Positions 28,987-39,199 of a DNA stretch of 64,000 nt are shown piece by piece. The stretch covers positions 12,366-76,365 of the forward strand of contig CAMZFO010000002.1 in the NCBI GenBank assembly GCA_947306125.1, written 5' to 3'. The stretch's first letter is position 1. Each line of letters starts with the position of its first letter. The notes under the pieces are model-generated. The model was not told the origin of the DNA, made no database searches, and worked only from the letters and a program-made list of their open reading frames with translations. Source of the stretch: an uncultured Clostridia bacterium. GTDB lineage: Bacteria > Bacillota > Clostridia > Christensenellales > CAG-138. The position numbers were made by a program, and so were the translations under genes.

Positions 28987-30378
28987 TCAGCTTATTATCT
29001 CACCGGCGAGCGAATTGAATCTTGTGCCGGTCACTCTTACCTTATAGTATTTGCCTATCATGCTCTCATCGCCCTTGACGTAGACCATTTTTAGGCTCGG
29101 CAGCTTTCCGAACATCATCGGCTCGCCGCGCTTGTCCATGCCCTCTATCAGTATTTCGCCCTCAGCGCCCATGTATTTATCATTGGCGCCGTTTGCGGAT
29201 TCCATTATCACTCGATTGAGCCTTGCAAGGCGCTCCTTCTTGACTTCCTCGGGTATCTGCCCCTCCATGCGGGCGGCGACGGTACCCTCGCGGACTGAAT
29301 ACGCGAAGGAATACGCCGCGGAAAAGCCGACCTCATGCACGAGCGAGAGCGTATCCTCAAGATCCTCCTCGGTCTCGGTCGGGAATCCGACTATAATGTC
29401 CGTAGTGATCTCGACGCCGGGAACGTGCTCGCGCAGATCGCGTATAAGATCGAGATAGTGCTCGCGCGTGTAACGGCGGTTCATGAGTTTTAGTATCCTG
29501 TTGCTGCCGGACTGCACGGGAAGATGGATATGCTCGCAAACCTTATCGCACTCCGCCATAGCCATAACAAGCTCATGCGAAAGATCCTTGGGATGCGAGG
29601 TCATAAAGCGGAGGCGCTTCAAGCCCTCGACTTCGTTGACGAGCCTCAGAAGCTCCGGGAATTTGATCCCGCCGTCGTAGGAATTGACGTTCTGCCCGAG
29701 CAGGGTCACCTCCGTGAAGCCCTCCTCGTTAACTGCCTTTTTGACTTCCTCGACTATATCCTCGGGCCTTCTCGAACGCTCCCTGCCCCTGACGTAAGGA
29801 ACGATGCAGTAGGAGCAGAAATTATTGCAGCCGTACATTATGTTTACGAAGGTGGAAAAGCCCTCGTTCCTCTTTATGGGAAGCCCTTCGGGTATCTCGC
29901 CGTCGATTTCCTTTATCTCGAACACTCTGCCGCCGTTCATGACCCTTTCGAGCATCTGCGGGAATACGGCAAGCTCGTTAGTGCCGAATATCATGTCGAC
30001 GAACGGGAACCTCGCGGCAAGCCTTTTGGCGACCTCCCTTTGCTGCATCATGCATCCGCAAACAGCCGTGATAAGCGCGGGATTCTCCGCCTTTATCTCC
30101 TTAATGAATCCGACGTTGCCGAAAGTCCTCTTTTCGGCATGATCCCTTATACAGCAGGTGTTGAAGAGTATAAAGTCGGCTTCACGGCGGTCGTCAGTCC
30201 TTACGTATCCTATTAGCTCGAGCATTCCCGCAAGCGTCTCCGAATCATGCTCGTTCATCTGACAGCCGTACGTTTCTATAAAATACCTTGGACGCGCTCC
30301 GCCGAGCATTTCACGCATGCGGCCGATAGCCGCATAGGATTCTTCTATCACGTTTTTATCAACAAATTTGGGTTCCAT
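28987..30378 (-). CDS. miaB: tRNA-2-methylthio-N6-dimethylallyladenosine synthase
   Basis: 463 aa with an UPF0004 N-domain (ETYGCQMNEHDSE), the radical-SAM motif CNNFCSYC and a TRAM domain at the C-terminus. Confidence 0.9.
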   Translation of the reverse strand: MEPKFVDKNVIEESYAAIGRMREMLGGARPRYFIETYGCQMNEHDSETLAGMLELIGYVRTDDRREADFILFNTCCIRDHAEKRTFGNVGFIKEIKAENPALITAVCGCMMQQREVAKRLAARFPFVDMIFGTNELAVFPQMLERVMNGGRVFEIKEIDGEIPEGLPIKRNEGFSTFVNIMYGCNNFCSYCIVPYVRGRERSRRPEDIVEEVKKAVNEEGFTEVTLLGQNVNSYDGGIKFPELLRLVNEVEGLKRLRFMTSHPKDLSHELVMAMAECDKVCEHIHLPVQSGSNRILKLMNRRYTREHYLDLIRDLREHVPGVEITTDIIVGFPTETEEDLEDTLSLVHEVGFSAAYSFAYSVREGTVAARMEGQIPEEVKKERLARLNRVIMESANGANDKYMGAEGEILIEGMDKRGEPMMFGKLPSLKMVYVKGDESMIGKYYKVRVTGTRFNSLAGEIIS

Positions 30379-30526
30379 TTATTCCTCCGCGCATATTTAT
30401 ACATTTTGATTATACTACGATTTCGCTGGGATTTCAATAACGATAGCCGGCATATTGCAACAAAAGACTTGAATTGAACGAAAGCGATGATATAATAATG
30501 CTGTATTTCTTAAAAGGAGATCTTCG

Positions 30527-31906
30527 ATGAATCTGAGACTTATAAAAACCATCGCGCTCGCGCTTGCCGTTATTCTTGCGGCTGCGGCGTTCTGTTCCTG
30601 CAAGCTGACCCCCGGTCCCGACGAAGGCGCCGAAGTCACTGCCGCTCCCACCACCACAAAGGCTCCCGACCCCGAGTTTTCCGGTATGCAGGTCGTTATG
30701 AGCTCCAACGGCAACGATATAACGCTTTACGATTTCGGCCAGTCCTACTACAACAGCAGGAATTACCAGTACTATATGTACGGCATGATATCCCCCGAGC
30801 AGTTCTGTGATTCCGTTATAGAGGAGCTCTCCTCTCTCCTTTATATGCTTGACGCCGCCGATGAATCGGGCGTCAAGCTCACTGACGAAGAGTCCCAGGA
30901 GATATACGACCTTATCGACACGCAGCTTGAGGATCTGCTCAAGCATTATGAGGAAAGGGTCGAAGAGGGCGTCGAGGACAAGCGCGCCGAGGCGATAAAG
31001 ATACTCGAGCAGGATCTTGCGCAGGACGGCATCGACTACGATTCCTTCCTTGAACTCGCAAAGCGAAATATGCTCATGTATAAGCTTGCCGACAAGTATT
31101 ATACCGGCCTGCATGACGGCATAGAGATCACCGAGGACGACGTAAAAAGCTACATAAACGCCCAGCGCCTTGATTCGATGGATCTTTCAATGTCCGATTT
31201 TGTTGAGGCTGTTTCGGCTTTCAACGAGGGCAGCGGCGCATATCCCGTCGTGATACCCGACGACTGCTTCTCCGTGAATCACATCTATCTCGGCTTTGAT
31301 ACGACCACCGACGACGAGGGTATCGCAAGGACCGATACCGAAAGCCGCAAGGAGGATGAAGCAAAGCTTGAAGCGCTCTTCTCCGAGACCGAGGATTTCG
31401 ACGCTTTCATGGAGCTTGAGAAGGAATACGGCGAGGATCCCGGTATGGATTCCGAGCGCTTCCGCGAATTCGGCTACATAATCCATCCCGATCTCAACTC
31501 GGATTATTTCCCCGGCTTTGTTTACGCCTCCATGAACCTGCATGACGGAAGCTGGACTCCGACGGTCGATCTTGAGAACGGCGAGGATACCGATACCGGA
31601 GTGCGTGAGCTCAACTTCTTCAAGCTCAAGGACGGCACCGATATAGTCAAGGTCTACACCGATTCGGGCGTGCACTATATCATTGTCAACAAGGAGTATA
31701 AGAAGGGCGCCGTCGATTACGAGGTCGGCGATATCTACTGGGAAAGCTGGGCCGATGCATTGAAGGAGGAGAAGATGCAGGAGCTTTATCAGCAGCTTAT
31801 GGAGGAATGGAAGACCAAATACACTATCGACATAGACGAAACGACCATCAAGGCAAAGTACGTTCCCGATCGTTCCGACAGCGGAGATGACGGAAGCAAC
31901 GAATGA
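30527..31906 (+). CDS. lipoprotein, probably a PrsA/SurA-like parvulin-type foldase
   Basis: 459 aa with the lipobox AAAFCSC. It has a SurA-N-like helical region and a parvulin-like segment (SVNHIYLGF ... FVYASMNLHDGSWTPTV ... DSGVHYIIV). The assignment is by eye only. Confidence 0.45.
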   Translation: MNLRLIKTIALALAVILAAAAFCSCKLTPGPDEGAEVTAAPTTTKAPDPEFSGMQVVMSSNGNDITLYDFGQSYYNSRNYQYYMYGMISPEQFCDSVIEELSSLLYMLDAADESGVKLTDEESQEIYDLIDTQLEDLLKHYEERVEEGVEDKRAEAIKILEQDLAQDGIDYDSFLELAKRNMLMYKLADKYYTGLHDGIEITEDDVKSYINAQRLDSMDLSMSDFVEAVSAFNEGSGAYPVVIPDDCFSVNHIYLGFDTTTDDEGIARTDTESRKEDEAKLEALFSETEDFDAFMELEKEYGEDPGMDSERFREFGYIIHPDLNSDYFPGFVYASMNLHDGSWTPTVDLENGEDTDTGVRELNFFKLKDGTDIVKVYTDSGVHYIIVNKEYKKGAVDYEVGDIYWESWADALKEEKMQELYQQLMEEWKTKYTIDIDETTIKAKYVPDRSDSGDDGSNE

Positions 31907-31919
31907 TTTAAGGCTCTGC

Positions 31920-31953
31920 GGGCCGGTCCCTTTATCGGGGCCGGCTCTTTTTT
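31920..31953 (+). terminator. rho-independent terminator after the lipoprotein gene
   Basis: Stem gccggtccc/ggggccggc (9 bp including one G-U pair), followed by TTTTTT. Confidence 0.75.
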
Positions 31954-31957
31954 ACAT

Positions 31958-31994
31958 AAAAAATATCGGGCGCATCACGCGCCCGATATTTTTG
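31958..31994 (-). terminator. rho-independent terminator after ispH::rpsA
   Basis: A perfect 11-bp core stem, atatcgggcgc/gcgcccgatat, extended by A:T pairs, with a T-run on the minus strand. Confidence 0.8.
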
Positions 31995-32006
31995 ATCTTA
32001 TAATGA

Positions 32007-34316
32007 TCAGTTATTCTCTTCCTCAGTGGCGATAGCGGAAAGATCGCCAAACAGGTTTGCAAGAGAAGTGGTGGAAGACTGCACGGGGGGAAGCTCATAA
32101 TCAGCATCCTCGCGGCGGCGCCTCTCGGGACGACCCTCGGCATTGCGCTCACGGCGCCTCTCCTCGCGCTGCTGATTCTGCTGCTGACGATTCTGCTCCT
32201 CCTGAGCACGCCTCTCGGCACGCTCCGCACGCTCGCGCTCGCGCTCCTGCTTCTCCTTCGCGATCTCCTCAGCGATCTCGGGGTTCTCCTCAAGGATGAC
32301 TTCCTTGCGGGAGAGGCTGATGCGGCGCTGCTCGGGGTTGACCTCGAGGACTTTGCAACGGACGATGTCGCCGACGTTGAGCTCGTCCTCGACCTTGGAG
32401 ACGCGCCTTACGCCAACCTGAGAAATGTGGATGAGACCGTCGATCGTGGGCTCAAGGGCAACAAACGCGCCGAAGGTGACGATGCGGACGACCTTGCCCT
32501 CAACGATGGAACCTACGGGATACTTCTCGGCAGCCATGGTCCAGGGCTTGGGCTGGAGCTGCTTATAGCCGAGGGATACCCTCTGCTTTTCCTGATCCAC
32601 GTTGAGTATGAGGACTTCGATCTCCTGACCGACCTTGAGGACCTCATTGACGTGCTTTACGCGGCCCCAAGCGGCGTCGGTCACGTGAACGAGACCGTCG
32701 ATACCGCCGATGTCGACGAAAGCGCCGAAATCGGTAAGGCGGCGGACGATACCCTTGACCTTAGCGCCGACTTCAAGCTCGGCCCATTTCTGACGCTTTG
32801 CTTCCTCGGCCTCTGCAACGAGAACGGCCTTGCGGGACGCAACAACGCGCTTCCTCTGCTTGTCGACTTCGATGATCTTTACCTTCATGGGCTGACCGAC
32901 GAATTCGTCAAGCTTCTCGATGTACTTGTTGGCAACCTGGGACGCGGGGATGAAAGCCCTGATGCCGTTGATGTCGGCGATCAGGCCGCCCTTAACGACT
33001 TCCTTGCAGACAGCTTCTACGATCTTGCCTTCGGAATCGGCGTCCGTAGAGAACTGCTCCCATACTTTCTTGCTCTCAACATTCTTGCGGGAGAGCAGGA
33101 CGTTGCCTTCACCGTCGTTGACCTTCAGAACCTCGACCTCGATCTTATCGCCAACGGAAACTACGGTTTCAGGGTCAACATCGGGATCGCTGGAAAACTC
33201 GTCACGGGGAATAAAGCCGTCGGACTTGTATCCAATGTTAACACAAACCTCTCCATCGACAATCTGAACGACGGAACCGGTAAGTATCTGACCATTACGG
33301 ATGCGTACCAGCGTCTTTTCGAAAGCCTCCTCAAAGGTGGTTTCGCCCTCTTCAACGACGGGCTCCTCTGCAGCAGCCTCAACAACGGGCGCTGCGGTTT
33401 CTGTGACCTCATTCTCGGCCACGGTCTCAGTGTTTTCGGCTTTGCAGGTTTCTTCTACGTTAGCCTTTTCCAGTTCGCTCATTCTTGTAATAACCTCCCT
33501 AATCAGCGAATCCGGTGTCGATGCACCGGCAACAACTCCTGTTATTATACCATTTTTCTGGAGAATTTCAATAGGGATTTCACTAATATTTCCAATTCTT
33601 TTAACTTTTTTGCACCCGGCGGAACAAATATCGGCCAATTTTTGGGTGTTGGAGCTGTGAACGTCCCCTAAAACCAGCATCACGTCGCATTTTGATGCTA
33701 TCTCTCTCGCTTCCTTCTGACGCGCTTCCGTGGTCGAGCAGACGGTGTTGAAGACCTTCCCCTTCGGGAAAACGGACTTGAACCGCTCCGCGATGGCTTT
33801 GAAGGTCGCAAGGTCGAAGGTTGTCTGCGAAACGAGGCAGATCCTATTTTGATCATTAACGGACGCCGAAAGCGCGTCTACTTCCTCCGGTCTTCTTACG
33901 AAGAGCGCTTCCCCGCCGCAGCAGCCGTTGATGCCTATGGGCTCCGGATGAGCCGGATCGCCCGAGATCACTATCGTGCAGCCATCAGAATACGCTTCGG
34001 TAACTATATCGTGTATCTTCTTAACGAACGGGCAGGTGCAGTCGATCACCTCAAGCCCGTGCTTCTCACATTCCGCTAGCACGCTCGGCGCTACTCCGTG
34101 CGACCTGATAACGACGGTCGAGCCTTTTTCGAGACCGTCTATCGTATCTACCGGTATCACTCCGCGCTCGGCAAGCTCGTTCACGACGGTGCGGTTGTGT
34201 ATGAGCTCGCCCAAAGTGAACACTCTCCCCCGCTCCCCGGCGGCCTTGGAGGCTATCTCCACCGCCCGCCTCACGCCGAAGCAGAAGCCCATGTTTTCAG
34301 CCAGTATCAGCCGCAT
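32007..34316 (-). CDS. ispH: fusion protein: 4-hydroxy-3-methylbut-2-enyl diphosphate reductase (IspH) + ribosomal protein S1 repeats + Arg/Glu-rich tail
   Basis: 769 aa. The N-terminal ~280 aa are IspH/LytB (MGFCFGVRRAVE, with the three Cys regions). These are followed by an acidic linker, four S1 (OB) repeats and a ~90-aa low-complexity tail (QERERERAERAERRAQEEQNRQQQNQQREERRRERNAEGRPERRRRED). Confidence 0.88.
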   Translation of the reverse strand: MRLILAENMGFCFGVRRAVEIASKAAGERGRVFTLGELIHNRTVVNELAERGVIPVDTIDGLEKGSTVVIRSHGVAPSVLAECEKHGLEVIDCTCPFVKKIHDIVTEAYSDGCTIVISGDPAHPEPIGINGCCGGEALFVRRPEEVDALSASVNDQNRICLVSQTTFDLATFKAIAERFKSVFPKGKVFNTVCSTTEARQKEAREIASKCDVMLVLGDVHSSNTQKLADICSAGCKKVKRIGNISEIPIEILQKNGIITGVVAGASTPDSLIREVITRMSELEKANVEETCKAENTETVAENEVTETAAPVVEAAAEEPVVEEGETTFEEAFEKTLVRIRNGQILTGSVVQIVDGEVCVNIGYKSDGFIPRDEFSSDPDVDPETVVSVGDKIEVEVLKVNDGEGNVLLSRKNVESKKVWEQFSTDADSEGKIVEAVCKEVVKGGLIADINGIRAFIPASQVANKYIEKLDEFVGQPMKVKIIEVDKQRKRVVASRKAVLVAEAEEAKRQKWAELEVGAKVKGIVRRLTDFGAFVDIGGIDGLVHVTDAAWGRVKHVNEVLKVGQEIEVLILNVDQEKQRVSLGYKQLQPKPWTMAAEKYPVGSIVEGKVVRIVTFGAFVALEPTIDGLIHISQVGVRRVSKVEDELNVGDIVRCKVLEVNPEQRRISLSRKEVILEENPEIAEEIAKEKQERERERAERAERRAQEEQNRQQQNQQREERRRERNAEGRPERRRREDADYELPPVQSSTTSLANLFGDLSAIATEEENN

Positions 34317-34906
34317 ATGCTCTCAAGCTCCTTTTTCAGCGCGTTCATGGAATTCCTTATCCTTGCAGTGAATAGCTGCTCGTTCTCGCGGCGGGAGACG
34401 TTCATCGCCGAATCCTCCGAACGCAGAGGCTCGCCCACGATCATGCGAATCCTCATCTTCCTTATTGAATCGTTCATCATGTAAATGGGAACGACTGGCG
34501 CTCCGGAGCGGATCGAGATCATGGACGTGCCGAGCTCGAATTCATCCATGCGGTCGGCAACCATCCTGCGGCCCTCCGGGAAAATGCCGAAGGCCTTCCC
34601 CTTCTCAAGAAGCTTCAATGCGTTCCGTATCGATTTGAGATCAGCCGAGCCCCTGTCAACGGGGAACACGAAGAGCGCCTTGAAGAGCAGCTTGCCGGGC
34701 AGGCTTGTAAACAGCTCCTTTTTGGCCATGAAATGAATTATCCGGGTCGATACGAGAGCGAGTACGACCGGGTCTATGAGCGAGATATGGTTGCAGATGA
34801 ATATGACCTTGCCCTTCGTCCGCAGCGCCTTTTTATCACCGTAAACCTTCGGACGGAATATCAGCCAGATAAGCGGCTTGAACAGTACCAGGAGCAGATA
34901 AATCAT
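34307..34906 (-). CDS. plsC: 1-acyl-sn-glycerol-3-phosphate acyltransferase
   Basis: 199 aa with the HX4D motif (CNHISLIDP) and FPEGRR. Confidence 0.85.
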   Translation of the reverse strand: MIYLLLVLFKPLIWLIFRPKVYGDKKALRTKGKVIFICNHISLIDPVVLALVSTRIIHFMAKKELFTSLPGKLLFKALFVFPVDRGSADLKSIRNALKLLEKGKAFGIFPEGRRMVADRMDEFELGTSMISIRSGAPVVPIYMMNDSIRKMRIRMIVGEPLRSEDSAMNVSRRENEQLFTARIRNSMNALKKELESICG

Positions 34907-34907
34907 T

Positions 34908-35582
34908 TCAGCCTCCTATATAGCGTATCACGGAATCGATCGATTCCTCGATGGTCATATAAGTCGTGTCGATCAGTATAGCGTCGGCCGCCTTCTTGAG
35001 CGGCATACACTCCCTGCCCGAATCGCGCTTGTCGCGCTCCACCATCTCGAGCAGGAGCTCGTTGAAGGTCATGCCGTTAAGCTGACCCTTTGCCTTGAGC
35101 TCCCTGTATCTGCGGGAGGTGCGCTGTTCGGGGGAAGCGGTGACGAAGAACTTGTATTCCGCGTTGGGCAGTACGTGAGTGCCTATATCCCTGCCGTCCA
35201 TTATGAGCGAGGTATTCTTCGCGAGCTTCTGCTGCAGCTCGACCATCTTATACCTGACTTCCGGTATAGCGCTCACCTTGGATGCGGCGTTGGAGACTTC
35301 CTGAGTGCGTATGAGGCCCGAGACGTCCTCGCCGTCAAGGAAAACGTGCTGAACGCCTTCAATGAAGCCAATGGTGACCTCCGTGCCGTCCAGTATGGGA
35401 CATACCTTCTCCGCGTCATCCGACGGTATGCCGAGGCGCACGGTCTTCAAGCCTATCGCACGGTACATGGCGCCCGTATCGACGTATACTATGCCGAGCC
35501 TTGCCGCGACGCCCTTGGCGACCGTGCTCTTGCCCGCGCCGGCGGGACCGTCTATCGCTATCGAAAAAACCTTATTCTCCAT
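34908..35582 (-). CDS. cmk: cytidylate kinase
   Basis: I chose the start at MENKVFSIAIDGPAGAGKST (P-loop) behind a GGAGG RBS. The longer track ORF would overlap the upstream gene. Confidence 0.9.
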   Translation of the reverse strand: MENKVFSIAIDGPAGAGKSTVAKGVAARLGIVYVDTGAMYRAIGLKTVRLGIPSDDAEKVCPILDGTEVTIGFIEGVQHVFLDGEDVSGLIRTQEVSNAASKVSAIPEVRYKMVELQQKLAKNTSLIMDGRDIGTHVLPNAEYKFFVTASPEQRTSRRYRELKAKGQLNGMTFNELLLEMVERDKRDSGRECMPLKKAADAILIDTTYMTIEESIDSVIRYIGG

Positions 35583-35592
35583 ATTATCCTCC

Positions 35593-36834
35593 CTATATAA
35601 GCTCCTGCGCGGCTGCCGCTTTGCCCGCGGCAACGCCGGTGGAATACGCTATCTGAAGATTGAATCCGCCCGTGTAGGCGTCTGCGTCGATCACTTCCCC
35701 CGCAAAATACAAGCCGGGTACGAGCTTCGACTCCATCGTCCGGGGATCTATCTCTTTAACGCTGACTCCGCCCCTTGTGATTATAGCCTCGGAAATATCG
35801 GAAGCCCGGGCGACCGTGAGCGGTATCGACTTGAGCACCGAAACGAGCTTTTTCCGTTCCGCTTTTGTGAATTCGTCGGTGGTCTTTTCCGGGTCGATGC
35901 CGGCAAGCCCCAATACTATGAGGACCATGCGCGAGGGCAGCAGGCCCATTATCGCGTTCTTCATCTGCTTATGCCTGTTGGCCTCAAGATCGCGCATGAT
36001 GCGTGCTTCAAGCGTCTGCTCGTCGAGCGCGGGCTTCATATCGATAGAAAGCTTCGCTCCCTTCGGCTCGTCCGCTATACGGGTGCTGGCGCTCAGCACG
36101 AGCGGTCCGCTGACCCCCGTATGGGTGAACAGCATCTCGCCAAGCTCCTGATAGACCTTCTTTCCGCCCTTGAACGCCGTGAGAGTCACGTTCTTGAGCG
36201 AGAGCCCCGCAAGCTCGCCCGTCCATTTTTCCTCGGTAACGAGCGATATGAGCGAGGGGCGGGTATCGGTTATCGTATGCCCAAACGATCTTGCGAACTC
36301 ATAACCGTCGCCCGTGGAGCCCGTGGATGGATAGCTTAATCCGCCTGTGGCTATTATGACCGAGTCGAATCGGCGGTCTGTACCGTCGTTGAGATTCAAA
36401 ACGAATTCGCCGCCCGATCTGCGCACGGTGCGCACGCGGGTATTCAGCGTCAGCTGCACTCCTCTGCCAAGCGTGAATTTCAAAAGCGCTTTTATCACGT
36501 CGCTCGATTTATCGCTCTCCGGAAATACCCTGCCTCCGCGCTCGACCTTGGTTTTTACACCCTGGCTCTCTATAAGATCGACGATATCATAATTGAAAAA
36601 GCCGTTGAAAGCGCTGAACAGGAAGCGGGGATTCCTCGGGATATTCTGCATGAACTCTTCCTTAGGCGCGTCGTTTGTGATATTGCACCTGCCCTTACCC
36701 GTAAGAAAGAGCTTCTTCCCCGCCTTCTCGTTACGGTCGAAAAGCTCGACGACGGTATCGTCCGTCTTTGCATACGCCGCGGCGAGCATTCCCGCGGGGC
36801 CCGCGCCGATGACAGCAATCCTTTTCATCGTCAT
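35593..36834 (-). CDS. NAD(P)/FAD-dependent oxidoreductase (HI0933/YhiN/BaiN-like flavoprotein)
   Basis: 413 aa with the dinucleotide fold IAVIGAGPAGMLAA. The length and C-terminal GGFNLQ motif are typical of the HI0933 family. Confidence 0.75.
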   Translation of the reverse strand: MTMKRIAVIGAGPAGMLAAAYAKTDDTVVELFDRNEKAGKKLFLTGKGRCNITNDAPKEEFMQNIPRNPRFLFSAFNGFFNYDIVDLIESQGVKTKVERGGRVFPESDKSSDVIKALLKFTLGRGVQLTLNTRVRTVRRSGGEFVLNLNDGTDRRFDSVIIATGGLSYPSTGSTGDGYEFARSFGHTITDTRPSLISLVTEEKWTGELAGLSLKNVTLTAFKGGKKVYQELGEMLFTHTGVSGPLVLSASTRIADEPKGAKLSIDMKPALDEQTLEARIMRDLEANRHKQMKNAIMGLLPSRMVLIVLGLAGIDPEKTTDEFTKAERKKLVSVLKSIPLTVARASDISEAIITRGGVSVKEIDPRTMESKLVPGLYFAGEVIDADAYTGGFNLQIAYSTGVAAGKAAAAQELI

Positions 36835-37604
36835 TCAGCATTCCTTTCAAACATCGTCTTTGCCCTGCCAAGGCGGGAATAGTCGGTAATATCGTACGTC
36901 AGAGGAGTGATAACGACGTATCCTTCGCGCATACGGCCCTCGTCGGTATCCTCGCCGGGGTCGCAGACGGTGAGCTTGCCGGGCTTGACGGTATAAGCCG
37001 TTCTGCCGTCCGGCAGTACCTCCTCGTTATACTTTGTTTCGTAGCACTGCAGCTTTACTCTCGCAGCCCTCACGCCCTTATATTCGGAGCGCGGAGTATT
37101 GGGTATGTTCACGTTCAGCATGGCAGGGCCTTCCGAGAAGAACTCCATAAGCTCGGGGAGCTTTTCGGCAAAATAGCCTGCGGCGTCCTCCATATGGTCC
37201 GCGGTGAATTTATCCTTTGATACAGCTATTGAGGGGACGTCTATCATGAAGCCCTCTATCGCCGCTGAAACGGTACCCGAATAGACGGCGTCGGAGCCGA
37301 GATTGGCCGCTATGTTGATGCCGGAAACTATCACGTCCGGATCGAAGCCCAGATTGCCGACGGCAAGCCTTACGCAGTCGCAGGGAGTGCCGTTTATTGC
37401 GTAAGCCTTGACGCCCTCGAGGCTCGGTATGAGCGTTTTTTCGGCAAAAAGCGGCTGCCTTAATACAAGGCTGTGGCTCACGCAGCTTCTGTCGGAATCG
37501 GGCGCGGCGATCAAAAGCTCATGCCCGGCGCGGTAAAGCGCCTTCGCAAGCTCTGTGAGGCCCGCGGCAAATATCCCATCGTCGTTTGTTAATATGATCC
37601 GCAT
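36831..37604 (-). CDS. surE: 5'/3'-nucleotidase SurE
   Basis: 257 aa starting MRIILTNDDGI, with SGINIAANLG. Confidence 0.9.
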   Translation of the reverse strand: MRIILTNDDGIFAAGLTELAKALYRAGHELLIAAPDSDRSCVSHSLVLRQPLFAEKTLIPSLEGVKAYAINGTPCDCVRLAVGNLGFDPDVIVSGINIAANLGSDAVYSGTVSAAIEGFMIDVPSIAVSKDKFTADHMEDAAGYFAEKLPELMEFFSEGPAMLNVNIPNTPRSEYKGVRAARVKLQCYETKYNEEVLPDGRTAYTVKPGKLTVCDPGEDTDEGRMREGYVVITPLTYDITDYSRLGRAKTMFERNAE

Positions 37605-37715
37605 AGCAAACCTTTCAACATGATCTCTAATACTTTATTATAACAAATAACGCGCAAGGCTTCAATACCGAAAAAGCCGCCCCGGCGGACCGAAGCGGCT
37701 TGGCTTTATTCGATT

Positions 37716-39182
37716 TTAAATGTTCTCGGTAAGATCCTCAACGTAGAGTACGCGAACGCCGTTATCTGCTTTGGGGGCGGCCTTTACGGGAGCGGGCGCG
37801 GGCTCCTTCGTTTCCGCTTTGGGAGCGGGCTCCTCCGCCTTTTTATCCCTGTTCTCAAAGAACTTTGTGGCGACCTGGGGGAAGAGCGCGTAGCTCAACA
37901 CGTCCTCCTCGCACTTGGCGACTCCCTTCAGCTCTTCGGTGTATTTTTCAAGCTCGGGCTCCAGAAGATCCGCCGGACGGCAGGTGATGACCTTTCCGTC
38001 CTCGCCGATAGCCTTGCGCCTGACTTCCTCGTTCACCTCTCCGGGGAGCCTGCCGTACTCGCCGGCAAGCAGGCCCTTCGATTCCTTGGTGAACATCTTA
38101 TAGCGCTCGCCGGAGATGACGTTGAGCACCGCCTGTGAGCCGACGATCTGGCTGGTGGGAGTTACGAGGGGCGGATATCCGAAATCCTTGCGGACGCGGG
38201 GTATCTCGGCGAGCACGTCGTAATACTTATCCTCCGCATTGGCCTGCTTGAGCTGATTGATAAGATTTGAGAGCATTCCGCCGGGGACCTGGTACATAAG
38301 AGTATTGGTATCGACCGAGAGCACCTTGGGATCCAGCACGCCTTCCTTCTTGAGCTTCGCGGCGACTGTCCTGAAATGCTTAGCGGCCTCCGCCATCTTG
38401 TTGAGGTCGAGACCGGTATCCCTCTCGGTGCCCTTGAGGGCCGCAACGAGGGGCTCCGTCGCGGGCTGGCTCGTGCCGTTGCCGAGGGGAGAAAGCGCAG
38501 TGTCGACGATATCCACGCCGGCTTCGACCGCCTTCAATATCGTCATATCGCCGGTTCCGGTGGTGTTATGGGTATGCAGATGGATGGGAACGTCCACCTC
38601 CGCCTTCAGCCGCTTGACGAGCGAATACGCCGAATAGGGCAGCAGCAGGTTCGCCATATCCTTGATGCAGATGGAATCGGCGCCCATCTGGACGAGCTCC
38701 TTGGCGAGCTTTACGAAATAATCCTCCGAATGGACGGGGCTTATCGTGTAGCTCAATGCCGGCTCGCACCAGCCGCCGTATTTCTTGGTAAACTTGATGG
38801 CGGCTTCAAGATTCCTGACGTCGTTCAGCGCGTCGAAGATCCTGATGACGTCTATGCCGTTCTCTATCGCCTTGCGGCAGAACTGCTCGACCACGTCGTC
38901 CGCGTAATGCTTATAGCCCAATATGTTCTGGCCGCGGAAGAGCATCTGAAGCCTCGTATTGGGAAGCGCCTTGCGGAGGGTGCGGAGCCTCTCCCACGGG
39001 TCCTCGTTGAGGAAGCGGAGGCAGGCGTCGAAGGTCGCACCGCCCCAGCACTCAAGGGACCAATAACCGATGGAATCGAGTATTTCGCAGGCGGGAAGCA
39101 TATCCTCGATACGCATCCTCGTCGCCGCCTGGGACTGATGCGCGTCGCGCAGAATCGTATCGGTAATCAATAATTTAGCCAT
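37716..39182 (-). CDS. oxaloacetate decarboxylase alpha-type carboxyltransferase (5S/PycB-like), without a biotinyl domain
   Basis: 488 aa with ITDTILRDAHQSQAATRM and a TIM-barrel carboxyltransferase domain. It ends in an Ala/Pro linker with no AMKM motif. Confidence 0.82.
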   Translation of the reverse strand: MAKLLITDTILRDAHQSQAATRMRIEDMLPACEILDSIGYWSLECWGGATFDACLRFLNEDPWERLRTLRKALPNTRLQMLFRGQNILGYKHYADDVVEQFCRKAIENGIDVIRIFDALNDVRNLEAAIKFTKKYGGWCEPALSYTISPVHSEDYFVKLAKELVQMGADSICIKDMANLLLPYSAYSLVKRLKAEVDVPIHLHTHNTTGTGDMTILKAVEAGVDIVDTALSPLGNGTSQPATEPLVAALKGTERDTGLDLNKMAEAAKHFRTVAAKLKKEGVLDPKVLSVDTNTLMYQVPGGMLSNLINQLKQANAEDKYYDVLAEIPRVRKDFGYPPLVTPTSQIVGSQAVLNVISGERYKMFTKESKGLLAGEYGRLPGEVNEEVRRKAIGEDGKVITCRPADLLEPELEKYTEELKGVAKCEEDVLSYALFPQVATKFFENRDKKAEEPAPKAETKEPAPAPVKAAPKADNGVRVLYVEDLTENI

Positions 39183-39199
39183 ACCTTTATACTCCTATA

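Noticed and set aside
32427-33671. 414-aa + strand ORF opposite ispH::rpsA
   Set aside because: It is antisense to the S1 repeats. Its repetitive D/L/G composition reflects the complementary codons of a K/E/V-rich protein.
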